Positions 1-10,855 of a DNA stretch of 64,000 bases are shown piece by piece (positions within the stretch are counted from its first letter, which is position 1; every line of letters begins with the position of its first letter). Location: the NCBI GenBank assembly GCA_963751345.1, contig CAVVUS010000038.1:32001-96000 (forward strand). Reading direction: 5' to 3'. The position numbers and the translations under genes are program-made. Under the pieces are notes generated by a model that saw only the letters and a program-made list of their open reading frames with translations, was not told the origin of the DNA and made no database searches. Source of the DNA: an uncultured Chloroflexia bacterium. GTDB lineage: Bacteria; Chloroflexota; Anaerolineae; B4-G1; SLSP01.

Positions 1-761
1 CGCGCTGTCCCGAGTTTCGGGACGTCAAGGTCCGCCGCACGGCCCTGCGCAGCCTTAATCAGCGGGGCATTGAGGGGCTCGTCGTGATCGGCGGCAATGG
101 CTCGCTTATGGGTGCCCTTGCCCTCCACGAGATGAGCTTTCCGACCTTTGGCATCCCGGCGTCGATTGACAATGACGTGGCCGGGACCGATATGTCGGTG
201 GGCGTTGACACTACCCTGAACACGATCCTCGACGCCATCGATCGCATCAAGGATACGGCGTCTTCCCACCAGCGTGCGTTTCTGATCCAGGTGATGGGAC
301 GAGATTGCGGGTACCTCGCACTTGCCAGTGGGCTTGCCGGAGGCGCCGAGATGATCATGGTGCCCGAGCAGCACGGCCCCCCGGTTGAGGAGATTGCCGA
401 GACCGTGGTCGATGCGTACGTGCGGGGAAAGCACCACTGCATCATGGTCATCGCCGAAGGCTGGAAGCCCGGCACTCAAGCGGTGGAGGACTATCTCAGC
501 GCCCACAAGGACGATCTGGGATTCGACGTCCGGGTGACGGTGCTGGGGCACGTGCAGCGGGGCGGGCGACCCTCTGCGTTTGATAGGCTGCTGGCAACCC
601 GCATGGGTGCCTTTGCGGCGGATCGATTGCTGGATGGGGAAAGCGGCCATATGGTCGCTCTGCGCGGAAATCAGCTCGAGACGTTTCCCCTCTCGGATGC
701 AGTGGCCAAACTGCGGCCGCTCGACCTACGGCTGTTGGAGCTGGCGGATACGATGGACTAG
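1..761 (+). CDS. pfkA: ATP-dependent 6-phosphofructokinase (5' truncated by window edge)
   Basis: The frame is open from position 3 (RCPEF...VVIGGNGS). Motifs PASIDND, VMGRDCGYLAL and LGHVQRGG are typical of PfkA. Confidence 0.95.
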   Translation, partial: RCPEFRDVKVRRTALRSLNQRGIEGLVVIGGNGSLMGALALHEMSFPTFGIPASIDNDVAGTDMSVGVDTTLNTILDAIDRIKDTASSHQRAFLIQVMGRDCGYLALASGLAGGAEMIMVPEQHGPPVEEIAETVVDAYVRGKHHCIMVIAEGWKPGTQAVEDYLSAHKDDLGFDVRVTVLGHVQRGGRPSAFDRLLATRMGAFAADRLLDGESGHMVALRGNQLETFPLSDAVAKLRPLDLRLLELADTMD

Positions 762-810
762 CGGATGGTCGACTGCGCCGGTTCGGATCCTCCTGCCCGG
801 CGTGCTGCCA

Positions 811-1822
811 TCACTTCTCTCGACCCAGGAGGCGTTCTGCCAGACTGCGGAGCGCCTCTTGTGCAGGTCCGATGCCCCTCGTGCGTTCCAGAGCGTCAAG
901 TGCCTGCCCGTGATAGTGGGCGGCCCGCTCCTCGGTATATTCTCGGCTGCCGACCCGCTCAAGCTCGGATAGGGCCTGTTCTACCTGTCCATCGCTCAGA
1001 TCGGAACCGGTCAGTAGATGCTGCAGCGATTCGCTTGCCAGCATGCCGTACAGGATGGGCAACGTTTTCTTGCCCTTGCGGAGGTCCGACGCCACCGGCT
1101 TGCCTGTCCGAGCCGGGTCACCCCAGAGCCCCAGAATGTCGTCATACATCTGGAACGCAATGCCCAGCGCCTCCCCAAACTCTCGCAGAGCGTCGGCTTC
1201 GATCCGGCGATGCGCCGGCGATGATGCCACCCAGTTCCGCCGACAGACCTAACAGCGCGGCCGTCTTGCCACGCACCATCTCCAGGTACGCCGGCTCATC
1301 CGTTCTGGCGCGTGTTTCGAACTCCAGATCACGGCACTGTCCTTCGGTGATGTAGATAATGGTCTCTGTGAACCGGCTGGTCGCAAGCACGACCCGGTCA
1401 GCGGGGACGCCGTGGTCGACCAACTCAATCAGCCCACGGTACGAAAGAGCGAAGAGTGCGTCTCCGGCATTCAGCGCCTGGGGAATTCCCCAGAGTGCCC
1501 AGAGCGTCTCGCGCCCACGACGTATGCTGTCTTGATCCTCAATGTCGTCATGGATCAGCGTGAAGTTGTGGAGCAGTTCAACGGCTGCTGCCGCGCCCAC
1601 AGCTCGCTCCCACGCCTCACCTTGGGCCTGTACAGCCAGCAGGAGTATCAGTGGGCGAATGTGTTTTCCACCGTCGACCTGCACAGGCTCGAAGCTCCGA
1701 TCCAGCCAACCCAGGTGATAGCGCAACATACCGTAGAGCAGGGGAGGGCCGTCCTCTTGCGTGACAAGCAGGCGACGCATCTCGGCATCGAGGGCAGGGA
1801 AGTAAGCGGCTGTCAGATCCAC
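811..1822 (-). CDS. Polyprenyl diphosphate synthase (FPP/GGPP synthase family), frameshifted near 1200
   Basis: ORF 1142..1822 has GGKHIRP, LLHNFTLIHDDIED, GDAL, EGQCRD and KTA. ORF 811..1230 continues with AFQMYDDILG and SDLRKGKKT. Confidence 0.9.
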
Positions 1823-1842
1823 AATATCTCCATCACAATAAT

Positions 1843-2901
1843 CTAGCTGGAAGCACAGGCTCTGCTGCCGGAAGCGGCCATTTCGGCCTGTCTCAGGGCA
1901 GCGATATCCGCGGACCCCGTCACGAACATTGCGATTCTGAGTTGCCGGCGGAGGATATCCAGGCAGTCCCGGACCGTCTCAGGCGAGTCTGCGGCAGCCT
2001 TCAGTATGACGCTAGCCATCGTGGCGACGTCGGCGCCCAGGGCAATGCATTTCGCGATGTCGATGCCCGTCGTCAGGCCACCGCTGGCAATAAGCGGTAT
2101 TGTCGTGCTGACGCCGCGCACGAGCTGTAGCGACTCAGCCGTGGGGATGCCCCAGTTCCTGAACCCCGCGGCGATGTCACGCTCCACGACGCCGGTCTGT
2201 CGGAAGAACTCGACCTGACTCCACGATGTACCGCCCGCGCCGGCAACGTCGAGGGCAGCGACGCCGGCATCGATCAGCATTCGCGCGGCCCGGGCAGACA
2301 GTCCCCAACCGACCTCTTTGGCAATTACAGGAACCGTCAGGGTGGTGCAGACCTCCTCGATTCTCCCGACGAGGTTGGCAAATCGTGTGTCGCCCTCCGC
2401 CTGAAGGGCCTCCTGAAGCGGGTTGAGGTGCAGGAAGAGCCCATCGGCGTGCGTCACGTCGACGAGGCGCTGGCAGTCCTGCGCCGTGTAGCCGTAGTTG
2501 AGCTGAACGGCGCCGAGGTTGGCGAAGAGCACCAGGTCAGGGGCCACGTCTCGCATCTGAAAAGTCTCGGCGACCTCCGGGCGCTCCAGCATCGCCCGCG
2601 AGGATCCCAGCCCCATGCCGATGCCGGCATCCGCGGCTGCCTCAGCCAGGATGCGGTTGATCTGTCCGGTCTTCGGCGTGCCGCCGGTCATGGAAGCGAT
2701 GAGCAGAGGAAAGGAAAGCTTGTGCCCGAGGAACGATGTCGTCGTGTCGATCGCGTCGAGGTCGATCTCGGGAAGCGACTGGTGGACGAAGCGATACGCG
2801 TCGAGCCCTGGGTCGATCTCCGTGAAGGATACATCCTCTTCGAGGCTGATGCGCAGGTGCTCGTCTTTTCGTGCGCTAGTCGGCATAGGTTCGCTCTTCA
2901 C
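1843..2901 (-). CDS. fni: Type 2 (FMN-dependent) isopentenyl-diphosphate delta-isomerase
   Basis: Motifs [30 protein letters not shown] and GAGGTSW. The start may instead be ATG at 2886. Confidence 0.93.
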   Translation of the reverse strand: MKSEPMPTSARKDEHLRISLEEDVSFTEIDPGLDAYRFVHQSLPEIDLDAIDTTTSFLGHKLSFPLLIASMTGGTPKTGQINRILAEAAADAGIGMGLGSSRAMLERPEVAETFQMRDVAPDLVLFANLGAVQLNYGYTAQDCQRLVDVTHADGLFLHLNPLQEALQAEGDTRFANLVGRIEEVCTTLTVPVIAKEVGWGLSARAARMLIDAGVAALDVAGAGGTSWSQVEFFRQTGVVERDIAAGFRNWGIPTAESLQLVRGVSTTIPLIASGGLTTGIDIAKCIALGADVATMASVILKAAADSPETVRDCLDILRRQLRIAMFVTGSADIAALRQAEMAASGSRACASS

Positions 2902-2925
2902 AGTCTCTCCGGGTCAGCAGCGGTG

Positions 2926-2984
2926 ACTATACCTGCTGTTGGAACAGGCGTCAAGCTTGACATCTGCCGCAGCGTCATTAGAAT
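2926..2984. promoter_or_regulatory. Back-to-back divergent sigma70 promoters for fni (-) and acpP (+)
   Basis: Minus strand: TTGACG (2954-2949), 17 nt, TATAGT (2931-2926). Plus strand: TTGACA (2957-2962), 16 nt, TAGAAT (2979-2984). Confidence 0.65.
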
Positions 2985-3054
2985 GTCGCCTAGGCAAGGA
3001 CGGACCGGTGCGCTTGGTCCGGCGGAGCACGATCACAACCTGAGGAGGAATGCG

Positions 3055-3291
3055 ATGAGCGACGACGTCTACGAGAAGGTCAAGGACATCATAGTTGATA
3101 CCCTCGCTGTCGAGGAGGACAAGGTGACCCCCGGGGCCAGCTTTCGGGAGGATCTCGGTGCGGACTCGTTGGACCTCGTTGAGCTGATTATGGCCTTTGA
3201 GGACGAGTTCGGCGGGCGCATCTCCGATGACGACGCTCGCAGCATCACCACTGTGCAGGGCGCCGTCGATTACCTCAAGAGCAAGGCGTAG
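3055..3291 (+). CDS. acpP: Acyl carrier protein
   Basis: Acidic 78-aa protein ([14 protein letters not shown]...) with the phosphopantetheine motif [30 protein letters not shown] lies upstream. Confidence 0.95.
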   Translation: MSDDVYEKVKDIIVDTLAVEEDKVTPGASFREDLGADSLDLVELIMAFEDEFGGRISDDDARSITTVQGAVDYLKSKA

Positions 3292-3324
3292 GTATCCGAC
3301 CGGCTGCGTCAGGCTGACGATCGA

Positions 3325-3353
3325 AGGCCACCGCTCGACGGTGGCCTCTTTTC
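3325..3353 (+). terminator. Intrinsic terminator after acpP
   Basis: Stem AGGCCACCG/CGGTGGCCT with a 5-nt loop, followed by CTTTT. Confidence 0.7.
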
Positions 3354-3386
3354 GTACTGCAGCGCCAGCTGCAGCAGCCCTTCTCC

Positions 3387-4377
3387 CTAGTGTGCGTACC
3401 CATTGGCCCTATACCACACGACCGCCTTGCGGAGAGCTTCCCGCGCCGGCGTATGGGGCAGGCCTAGTTCACGTACTGCTTTGCCCGGATCGAAGAACTC
3501 GTAGTTGCGCGAGAGGCGTACCTTGTCCGGCGTAGCGGTCGGCACACGGTGTGGATCCAGCGCTGGCCAACGCCGTGTCCGCATAGGCCCAGGCCATGGC
3601 TACCCAACGGGGAACGCGGAGACGCGCCGGAGGTCGGCCGGAGATCTCGGCCAGCAGATCGAGCACCTGCTTGAGGGTGAGGTTCTCACCGCCAAGGATG
3701 TATCGCTCTCCAACGCGCCCGAGTGTAGCCGCGAGCAGATGCCCTGTCGCCACGTCGTCGACATCGACGATATTCAGGCCCGTATCCAGGTAGCCAAACA
3801 TCCGACCGTTGAGGAAGTCGACGATGATCTGCCCCGTGGGCGTTGGCTTGTGATCACCCACGCCGACGGGCGTGCTTGGGTTGACGATCACGACCGGCAA
3901 ACCGCGTTGGGCGGCATCGTGCGCAACCTCTTCAGCGAGGAACTTGGAGCGCTGGTACGGCCCTATCCGATCATCCAGAGTGCCGAGTGTTTCCTCTGTC
4001 GACGGGACGTGGTCCTTGCGGATGCCCAGGGTGGCGACCGAGCTGGTGTAGACAATGCGCTGCACGCCTGCAGCTTCCGCAGCCTCCAGCACGCGGCGCG
4101 TGCCCTCCACATTGGCTTCGAAGAAATCCTGCCAGTCGTGCCCCCAATAGCTATAGAGGGCTGCCACGTGGAAGACCCAGTCGCAGCCGCGAACTGCGCT
4201 GCGCAGGCTGCCGGTGTCTCTCAGGTCGCCCGGCACCCGTTCCACGGCAAGACCCTCCAGTTGCCGCGTTGCGGATCCGGGGCGCACCAGCACCCGCACC
4301 TCGTGACCTGCCTCAAGCAGCCGGCGCACCACCGCCCCGCCTACGAACCCCGTCCCTCCGGTTACGAATGCGCGAAT
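3387..4377 (-). CDS. hpnA: Hopanoid-associated NAD-dependent sugar epimerase/dehydratase (HpnA type), frameshifted near 3560
   Basis: Rossmann motif FVTGGTGFVG, then HVAALY, YQRSK (YxxxK) and VNPSTPVGVGDHKPTPTG. The C-terminus KAVRELG...WYRANGY is in ORF 3387..3584. It lies in the shc/hpnH cluster. Confidence 0.85.
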
Positions 4378-4426
4378 GTCTCGCCTCCTATTCAGACCCG
4401 CCGGGATAGCGACACTTTCCGTCGCC

Positions 4427-5180
4427 TCACGGGGCAGTCGCTAGGCGACTGATGATGGTGGTGAGGTTGGTCCTCGCTTGTCGGGCGTTCCCGGAGAGGC
4501 GAGCCAACACTGCCAGGTGCCGAGGATGAAGCAGAAAGTAGGAGGCCACGGCTCCCCATTGCCACCTCCCGTCGGCGTTCAGCCACCGATCGAAAGGTGG
4601 AAGGACGTCGCGCCGGGTGTCCGTTACGGCACGAATGGCCACGAAGGGGACGCGCCGCTGCGAGGCTATCCTGGCAATCCAGTAGCTCTCCATATCGACG
4701 ATGTCCGCACCGGTAGCCACAAATAGGGTTTGTTTTCCCTCGACTGTGCAGATCGCCTGCGGTGTGGTCACGCCGCTTCCAATTCGAGACTCCACAGCCA
4801 TACCGTTCAGCACCTGGGCCGCGAGCCTAACCAAGCCGTCATCGGAACTGCAGTGTCCCGCCTGCGGGACTTCCCCCGTCGACGTCGTAGCACCAAGCAG
4901 CGTTGAGCATATGACCACGTCGCCCGCGCCCAACCGTGCCGCCAGTGCTCCGGCATAGCCGAACGACACTAACCCGCTGACGAGTGTAGCGATCCAGAAC
5001 GTCGCCGGCAGCCGCTTCGGCGCGTTCCCTGCCGGCACCGGTCTGGACCAGAAGGACTTCTCTCCCCCGAAACTCACCTCGGTACAGGCGGCGGGCCCGG
5101 CCCCCGTCGACCTCGGCAAGCCTCATCAGCCTTCGCAGGCCGGACAGCTCGTCTGCCAGGGCACAGAGGAGGGCGATCAC
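4427..5180 (-). CDS. hpnG: Hopanoid-associated nucleoside phosphorylase-like protein (HpnG/MTAN family), frameshifted near 4990-5100
   Basis: N-terminus IALLCALADE...QTGAG is in 4839..5180. C-terminal GYAGAL, VDMES and IRAVTD are in 4427..5119. It lies directly downstream of hpnH. Confidence 0.75.
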
Positions 5181-5202
5181 GTGTGACGCCAGGCGGCTCG
5201 TC

Positions 5203-6208
5203 TCAGCCGCCGGAGAGGCCCCATTTCAGGGTGTGCCACAGGTTTGACGGGCTCTTGGTAACCTCGGCCACAGCACTAGCCTCAAAGCCACAGTGGACCA
5301 TGCAATTCGCGCAGCGCGGATCGTTGCCGGGACCGTAGTTCTCCCACGGGGTCTCCTCCATGAGTTCACGGAACGAAGCGCAGTGTCCGTCGGTGATCAG
5401 ATAACAGGGCCGCTTCCATCCCTTGGGGTTTCGCGTAGGCGTGCTCCAGGGGAAGCAAGTCAGATCCCGGTTTCCCTGCCAGGAACTCCAGATAGAGAGG
5501 GGTGTTATAGAAGCTGAATTCCCGGCCCAGCTCGAATATCCGTCGGAAGGCTACAACCGCTGCCTCACGGTCGAGGAAGACGTCGGAATCGACCGCTTCA
5601 TACCCAAAGGCCGGCGTCAACATGATGCCGTCGGTAGGTATTCCCGAGAGCCGGGTGAAAAGCTGCTCTATCTCCCCCAGATCGGTGCCCCTGTAGATGG
5701 TGGTATTGGTCAGCACCTGGAAGCCGGCCCGCTTGGCGGCGGTCGCTGCGGCGATCGCCGTGTCGAAGACGCCGCTTCGCCCGGCGAATCCATCGTGGGT
5801 ACCGGCCAGCCCGTCGAGGTGAACGACGAAGCTGAGATAGGGACTGGGTTCGAACTTGGACAGCGACTCCTCCAGCAGCAGCCCATTGGTGCACAAGTGT
5901 ACGAATCGCCGCCCGGCGATGATCTGTCGCACAAGTCGATCGATCCCGGGATAGAGAAGCGGCTCGCCGCCGGTGATGCTGACCACGGGAGCGCCGGCCT
6001 CCTCGACGGCTGCCAGGCATTCCTCGACCGACAGGCTCTCATCAAGGATGTCGCGATACTCCCTGATGCGGCCGCAGCCAGCACAAGCGAGGTTACATCG
6101 GAAACTGGGCTCGAGCATCAGCACCAAGGGGAACCGCTTCCTGCCCTGGAGCTTGTTCTTTCCGAGATATGTGGTCAGTGACGCCGCGAGTTGCCACGAA
6201 AAACCCAT
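5203..6208 (-). CDS. hpnH: Radical SAM adenosylhopane synthase (HpnH), frameshifted near 5460
   Basis: LVLMLEPSFRCNLACAGCG (CxxxCxxC) and ITGGEPLL. The shifted-frame C-terminus reads GNDPRCANCMVHCGFEASAV, with the stop at 5203-5205. Confidence 0.9.
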
Positions 6209-6223
6209 CGTTGCATACCTCCG

Positions 6224-6682
6224 TCACGACCGCAGGCCGATGGCCCGGATCACCAGGTCAGGGTCGACCTCGGTGTCCACACAACCATCTTTGATAAGGG
6301 GAATAATGACGATGGCCGGGGTGCCGTTGTGATATTCGGACGCCCCTTCGACTGCCGCCACTCCCATGGTCAGCTCCTCAGGGCATGCTACGGCTACGAT
6401 TCCCTTCGGGTGAGTTTCCGTGACGAACTTGAGCGCCATCTTGCCCCCGGCTGCGATGCACATCCCTCGGTAACCGAGCCTCGTGGCCTCCTGCCTAAAG
6501 GCCGGGACCACGCAGGTCTCCGTGCAATCCTCGGGACATACGAGGCCCTCTTTGCCGAACTTACCCGGGCAACTCTTGCTGGGCCGCAGACACTGTGGGA
6601 GCAGCAGAATCCTCTCACCAGGCTCTGTACGTGCGAATGCCTCCTCGTTGGCCATATCCATCTCCCCGTCTCCTTTCCACAC
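6224..6682 (-). CDS. DUF116 family Cys-rich putative metal-binding protein
   Basis: The pattern ERILLLPQCLR, C-x-C cluster, IAAGG, GIVAVACPEEL, PLIKDGCVDTEVD matches DUF116. Confidence 0.75.
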   Translation of the reverse strand: MWKGDGEMDMANEEAFARTEPGERILLLPQCLRPSKSCPGKFGKEGLVCPEDCTETCVVPAFRQEATRLGYRGMCIAAGGKMALKFVTETHPKGIVAVACPEELTMGVAAVEGASEYHNGTPAIVIIPLIKDGCVDTEVDPDLVIRAIGLRS

Positions 6683-6747
6683 TATTCACCCAACTGGTGG
6701 CTTGCCAACCCCCCGCTTCGACCGCGGTTTCCTTCTCCAACCGAACG

Positions 6748-8731
6748 TCAGCGGTCCTCCCCCTGCTCGCGCCAACGCTGAAACCGTGCCAAGGCCATCA
6801 AAGGGAAGTAGATGCGATACATGTGATATCTGAGGTAGAAGGCCCTCGGAAACCCGGTCCCGGTATAAAGCTCTTCGTCCCACGTCCCGTCCGCAGCCTG
6901 CGTGTCCAGCAGATAGGCAACCCCTCTGAGGACCGCGTCGCTGTCGCCCTCGCCGCAGGCCAACAGGCCCATGATCGACCACGCCGTCTGCGAAGGGGTG
7001 CTTGCCCCCAGGCCCCGGAGTGACGGATCCTCGTAGGACTCGCAGGTCTCTCCCCATCCCCCATCCGGATTCTGGTGCTGCTTGAGCCACGCCACGCCCT
7101 GTTGGATGTAGGTCTCGGCTTCATCCTCGCCGGCTTCGTGAAGCGCGGGCAGCACCGCGCTAGTGCCGTAGACGTAGTTCACGCCCCAGCGCCCATACCA
7201 GGATCCGTCAGCTTCCTGCTCGCGTCTCAGATAGCTCAGTGCTCTCCGACAGGATGCCTGGCTACGCGGGTCGCCCAATTTGGCGAGGAGTTCCACTACG
7301 TGAGCCGTAACGTCCGCGGAGGTCGGGTCCAGGGGCGTCATGAAATCCGCAAAGGGGATCTTGGCCAGGATCTGCATATTGTTGTCCCGATCGAAGGCCG
7401 CCCATCCACCGTCCCCGCTCTGCATGTCCAGGATCCACCGCTGAGCTTTGTCTAGCGCCTCGACCTTGGCCTCTCGCTCCGGAAGATCCACCCGCAGCAA
7501 CGCCAGGGAGACCGCAACGGTATCATCTACGTCCGGATAGAGATCATTGTCAAACTCAAAGGACCACGCGCCCGGCTCCGTGTGGGGGTTCTTGACCTGC
7601 CAATCACCACCGGAGAGGACCTGCTCACCCAGAAGCCACCGGGCCGCCTTGACGAGGGCGGGATGGTCGCCGCTCAAGCCCGGAATCGCCCAGGGCGATC
7701 ACGGCCAACGCCGTATCCCAAATAGGGGACACTGCGGGTTGCAGGTGAAAGGTCGACTCGTCCTCCACAATGAACCTCTGCAGCCCGCCCAGGGCCTTCG
7801 CCATCACCGGATCGTCAAGCGAGCGGCCCACGCTCTTCAGTGCCATCAGGGAGTATACCCAGGGGAGCATAATGCCGCCCCAGCTACCGTCGGACTCCTG
7901 ATGATCCTCTATCCACTCTATCGCCTTCCGCAAGGCCCGTCCTCGCAGCGGGTGGAAGGGGAAGATATCCCAGGTCTTGAGCAGCCTGTCCAACAGCGTG
8001 AAAACCCCCTCCCAACTGAGGCGCTTGTCGGGCTTCGGTACGCGCCAGTGCAGGTGATCCCTGGGTTCGGTGTACAGCTCGAAGATGCTCTCCGATTCCG
8101 GTATGTGGCAGACCGGTTTCTGTGCGAGGACCACCATCAAGTCGACGATCGTGGCCCGCGCCCAGCTGGCGAATTCGTAGATGGTGAAGGGAGACCCATT
8201 GGGCAGCAGCATCAGTTCGGGGGGGATGGCAGGAAGGCCCTCCCAACCATACTGACCGAAGGGCGCGATGAGGGTCTTGGTGAAAGTGTGGGTCTTGTTG
8301 ACGCCGCCCTTGGACAGGATGTAGGCCCTCGCCCGCTGCATGGCAGCGTCCTCGGCGGGGACGCCGGCCAGCTTGAGCGCGAAATAGGCCTGGACACTGA
8401 CGTCGAGGTTGCCCGGGCCGCCCGTGTAGCTGCACCAGCCGCCATCGGGCAGTTGACGGCTTCGGAGGACGTTCACGATCTTGGCCTCGCGCTCGGGTTG
8501 CGGGATCCCGAGGAAGCGCATCAGGGGGATGTATCCTGCTGCGACGCTGACGTCCGATTCCAGTTCTCCCACCCAGTACCCGAGCGGAGCCTGTTGCCCC
8601 AGCAGATAGCTCCGGCATCTCGCAATTGCCTGGGACAGCGCCTCAGGGGTGATCCAAGCACTACCAACATCCTCCGAGTCGCGCACCCGGGCATTGACAC
8701 TCGCCATTATCTCCCCCGCCATCGCAGCCAA
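6748..8731 (-). CDS. shc: Squalene-hopene cyclase, frameshifted near 7680
   Basis: QW repeats (QAPLGYW, QLPDGGW, QESDGSW, QSGDGGW, QEADGSWYGRWGVNY), SPIWDTA, catalytic YPDVDDT and TGTGFPRAFYLRY. Confidence 0.95.
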
Positions 8732-8863
8732 CCGTCAGGATGCAAAGACCCCGGCCCTCTGTGCCCGTCGTGATGACCGGCAGGACAGGGAAGGCTTCGC
8801 AGTTGGTCACGCCGTGAGCCCCAAGCCGACGCCACGGCTGGTTGCCAGAGACAACTCCATCCC

Positions 8864-8951
8864 ATTATACGGGACGAAGTTGGAGGATGCAACCATCAAA
8901 ATGGTTTGAACTCTCAAACTCCTTGACGCCGCGGGTTGGCCGTGCTATAAT
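8864..8951. promoter_or_regulatory. Divergent sigma70 promoters (shc operon / yceD-rpoD) flanking two 6-4-6 palindromes
   Basis: Minus: TTGCAT (8892-8887), 17 nt, TATAAT (8869-8864). Plus: TTGACG (8923-8928), 17 nt, TG-C-TATAAT (8946-8951). Palindromes AACCAT-N4-ATGGTT (8891-8906) and GTTTGA-N4-TCAAAC (8904-8919). Confidence 0.75.
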
Positions 8952-8986
8952 TGCAATGTTAGTGGGACACGGAGGTAGTCCGTGCA

Positions 8987-9496
8987 ATGATAAAGCTGAA
9001 TCTTTCTTCACTAGCGCACGCTAGAGTTGGACGGCAAGAGTCGAAAGATCTCGATATTGAGGATGTGCCCGTTGGTGATACTGAGCTTCGGTACCTGCGG
9101 GGCCATCTTCAGTTTACTCGCGTCGCGGAAGGGATCCTGGTCCTAGGTGAGCTCGATGCTGAAGCCAAGACGGAGTGCACACGCTGTTTGACCCCCTTTT
9201 ACCAGCCGATCACGATCGAACTCGAGGATATCCTCAGTCTGCCCGGCGCGGGTCTCACGCCCGAGCGCCCGGTTCGAGTCAACGAGGATGGCTGGGTCGA
9301 TCTGGCTCCTCTGATTCGCGAATACGTCTGGTTGGGAATGCCGCCCAACCCGATATGCTCTTCTACATGCCAGGGATTGTGTCCTGAGTGTGGTGGAAAC
9401 AGGAACAATGGGGAATGCACGTGCGAGAACGTCGCAACGATTGATCCCCGTTGGGAGGCTCTGCGGCAGCTGGTGGATAAGCCCGGCGGGACGTAA
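8987..9496 (+). CDS. yceD: YceD/DUF177 family metal-binding protein
   Basis: [19 protein letters not shown]...CTC and C-terminal DPRWEALR. Confidence 0.9.
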   Translation: MIKLNLSSLAHARVGRQESKDLDIEDVPVGDTELRYLRGHLQFTRVAEGILVLGELDAEAKTECTRCLTPFYQPITIELEDILSLPGAGLTPERPVRVNEDGWVDLAPLIREYVWLGMPPNPICSSTCQGLCPECGGNRNNGECTCENVATIDPRWEALRQLVDKPGGT

Positions 9497-9564
9497 GTCA
9501 CAGTAGCGTCTCACTGCCGGGTATCTCGGAAGCGTTTTGTGGATCTCACATTCCAAGGAGGCCT

Positions 9565-10731
9565 ATGGACGTAATTGCCGAGCTGCTGGAAAAGGCGGAA
9601 GCTCAGGGGTTTCTGACCGTTGACGATGTGCTGGAGGCCCTGGCATCGCTGCGGGGGCAGGAATCCCTTGAGAGCGTGCTTGCCGAGCTTCGACAGGCCG
9701 GCGTTGAGATCGAGGCCACGGACGATGATGAAGAGGAGGATGAGGACGACGTCGATATTGACTTCGCAGAGTCGCTAGAAGAAGACCTCGATTTGGATGA
9801 GGACGTCTACAACCTCGACGGCATAGGTGTGGACGACACCGTAGCGCTCTACCTCCGTGAGATGGCACGGGTGCCCTTGCTCAGCAATGAGGAAGAGGTG
9901 AGCCTGGCAAAGGCGATCGAGCGCGGGCGTGAGACAGAGAGATTGCTGCAGGATGGGAGCCTTACGGTTGAGGCACGGGCGTGCCTTGATCAGATCGTTC
10001 TTGAGGGGTTGGAAGCCCGCGACCACCTCATTCGCGCGAATACCCGCCTCGTCGTAAGCATCGCCAAGAAGTACATCGGAAGGAACGTGCCCTTTCTCGA
10101 TCTGATCCAGGAAGGCAACCTGGGGTTGATGAAGGCGGTCGAGAAGTTCGAATACCAGCGTGGCTATCGTTTCAGCACCTATGCCACGTGGTGGATTCGT
10201 CAGACGATCACGCGGGCAATTGCGGATCAGGGTCGCACGATTCGGGTTCCCGTGCACATGAGCGACCGGATTCGACGCCTTTACCGGCGTGCCCAGGAGA
10301 TCGAACAGGAGCGCGGCACCCGGCCGACGCCCGAGGAACTTGCGGTGGAGATGGGCCTTGAACCTCGTAAGGTCCAGTGGATGATGCGGGTTTCCTGGCA
10401 GCCGCTCAGCCTCGAACGTCCCGTCGGAGAGGATGAGGACAGCGAGCTGAGCAATTTCATTGAGGACGATCAGACACCTACGCCTCCCGATACCGCCTAC
10501 ACGGGCATGCTTCGTGACCGCATTGAAGAGGTGCTCTCGACGCTGAATCCACGTGAGGTCCGCATTCTGCGCATGCGCTTCGGCCTGCACAATGGCCGTA
10601 GCTATACGCTGGAGGAGGTCGGTCAGAAGTTTGGGCTAACGCGCGAGCGAATTCGCCAGATTGAGGGGCAAGCGCTGCGCCGTCTACGACATCCAAGCCG
10701 GAGCCGCGATCTGAAGGACTACCTCAGATAG
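9565..10731 (+). CDS. rpoD: Group 1 RNA polymerase sigma-70 factor (RpoD/SigA)
   Basis: Acidic region 1.1, [50 protein letters not shown] and TLEEVG...TRERIRQIE. Confidence 0.95.
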   Translation: MDVIAELLEKAEAQGFLTVDDVLEALASLRGQESLESVLAELRQAGVEIEATDDDEEEDEDDVDIDFAESLEEDLDLDEDVYNLDGIGVDDTVALYLREMARVPLLSNEEEVSLAKAIERGRETERLLQDGSLTVEARACLDQIVLEGLEARDHLIRANTRLVVSIAKKYIGRNVPFLDLIQEGNLGLMKAVEKFEYQRGYRFSTYATWWIRQTITRAIADQGRTIRVPVHMSDRIRRLYRRAQEIEQERGTRPTPEELAVEMGLEPRKVQWMMRVSWQPLSLERPVGEDEDSELSNFIEDDQTPTPPDTAYTGMLRDRIEEVLSTLNPREVRILRMRFGLHNGRSYTLEEVGQKFGLTRERIRQIEGQALRRLRHPSRSRDLKDYLR

Positions 10732-10755
10732 GCTATTGTAGGTACGCGACAGAGT

Positions 10756-10784
10756 GAAAGCCGCCAGCCTCGCTGGCGGCTTTC
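10756..10784 (+). terminator. Stem-loop terminator after rpoD
   Basis: Perfect 13-bp stem GAAAGCCGCCAGC/GCTGGCGGCTTTC with a 3-nt loop. Confidence 0.7.
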
Positions 10785-10855
10785 GGTTGTCAATGTCTCT
10801 GCCCGTCTTTTCATCAACCTTTGGTATACTACGTTTGTCTGGAAGAAGGAGGGAT

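Noticed and set aside
2428-3054. N-terminal extension of acpP in the ORF track (287 aa)
   Set aside because: It overlaps fni on the opposite strand. The real start is ATG 3055, with its own RBS and promoter.
7625-7700. Programmed frameshifting or genuine split genes (shc and others)
   Set aside because: There are no consistent slippery sites, and breaks are scattered across unrelated genes, so sequencing indels are more parsimonious.
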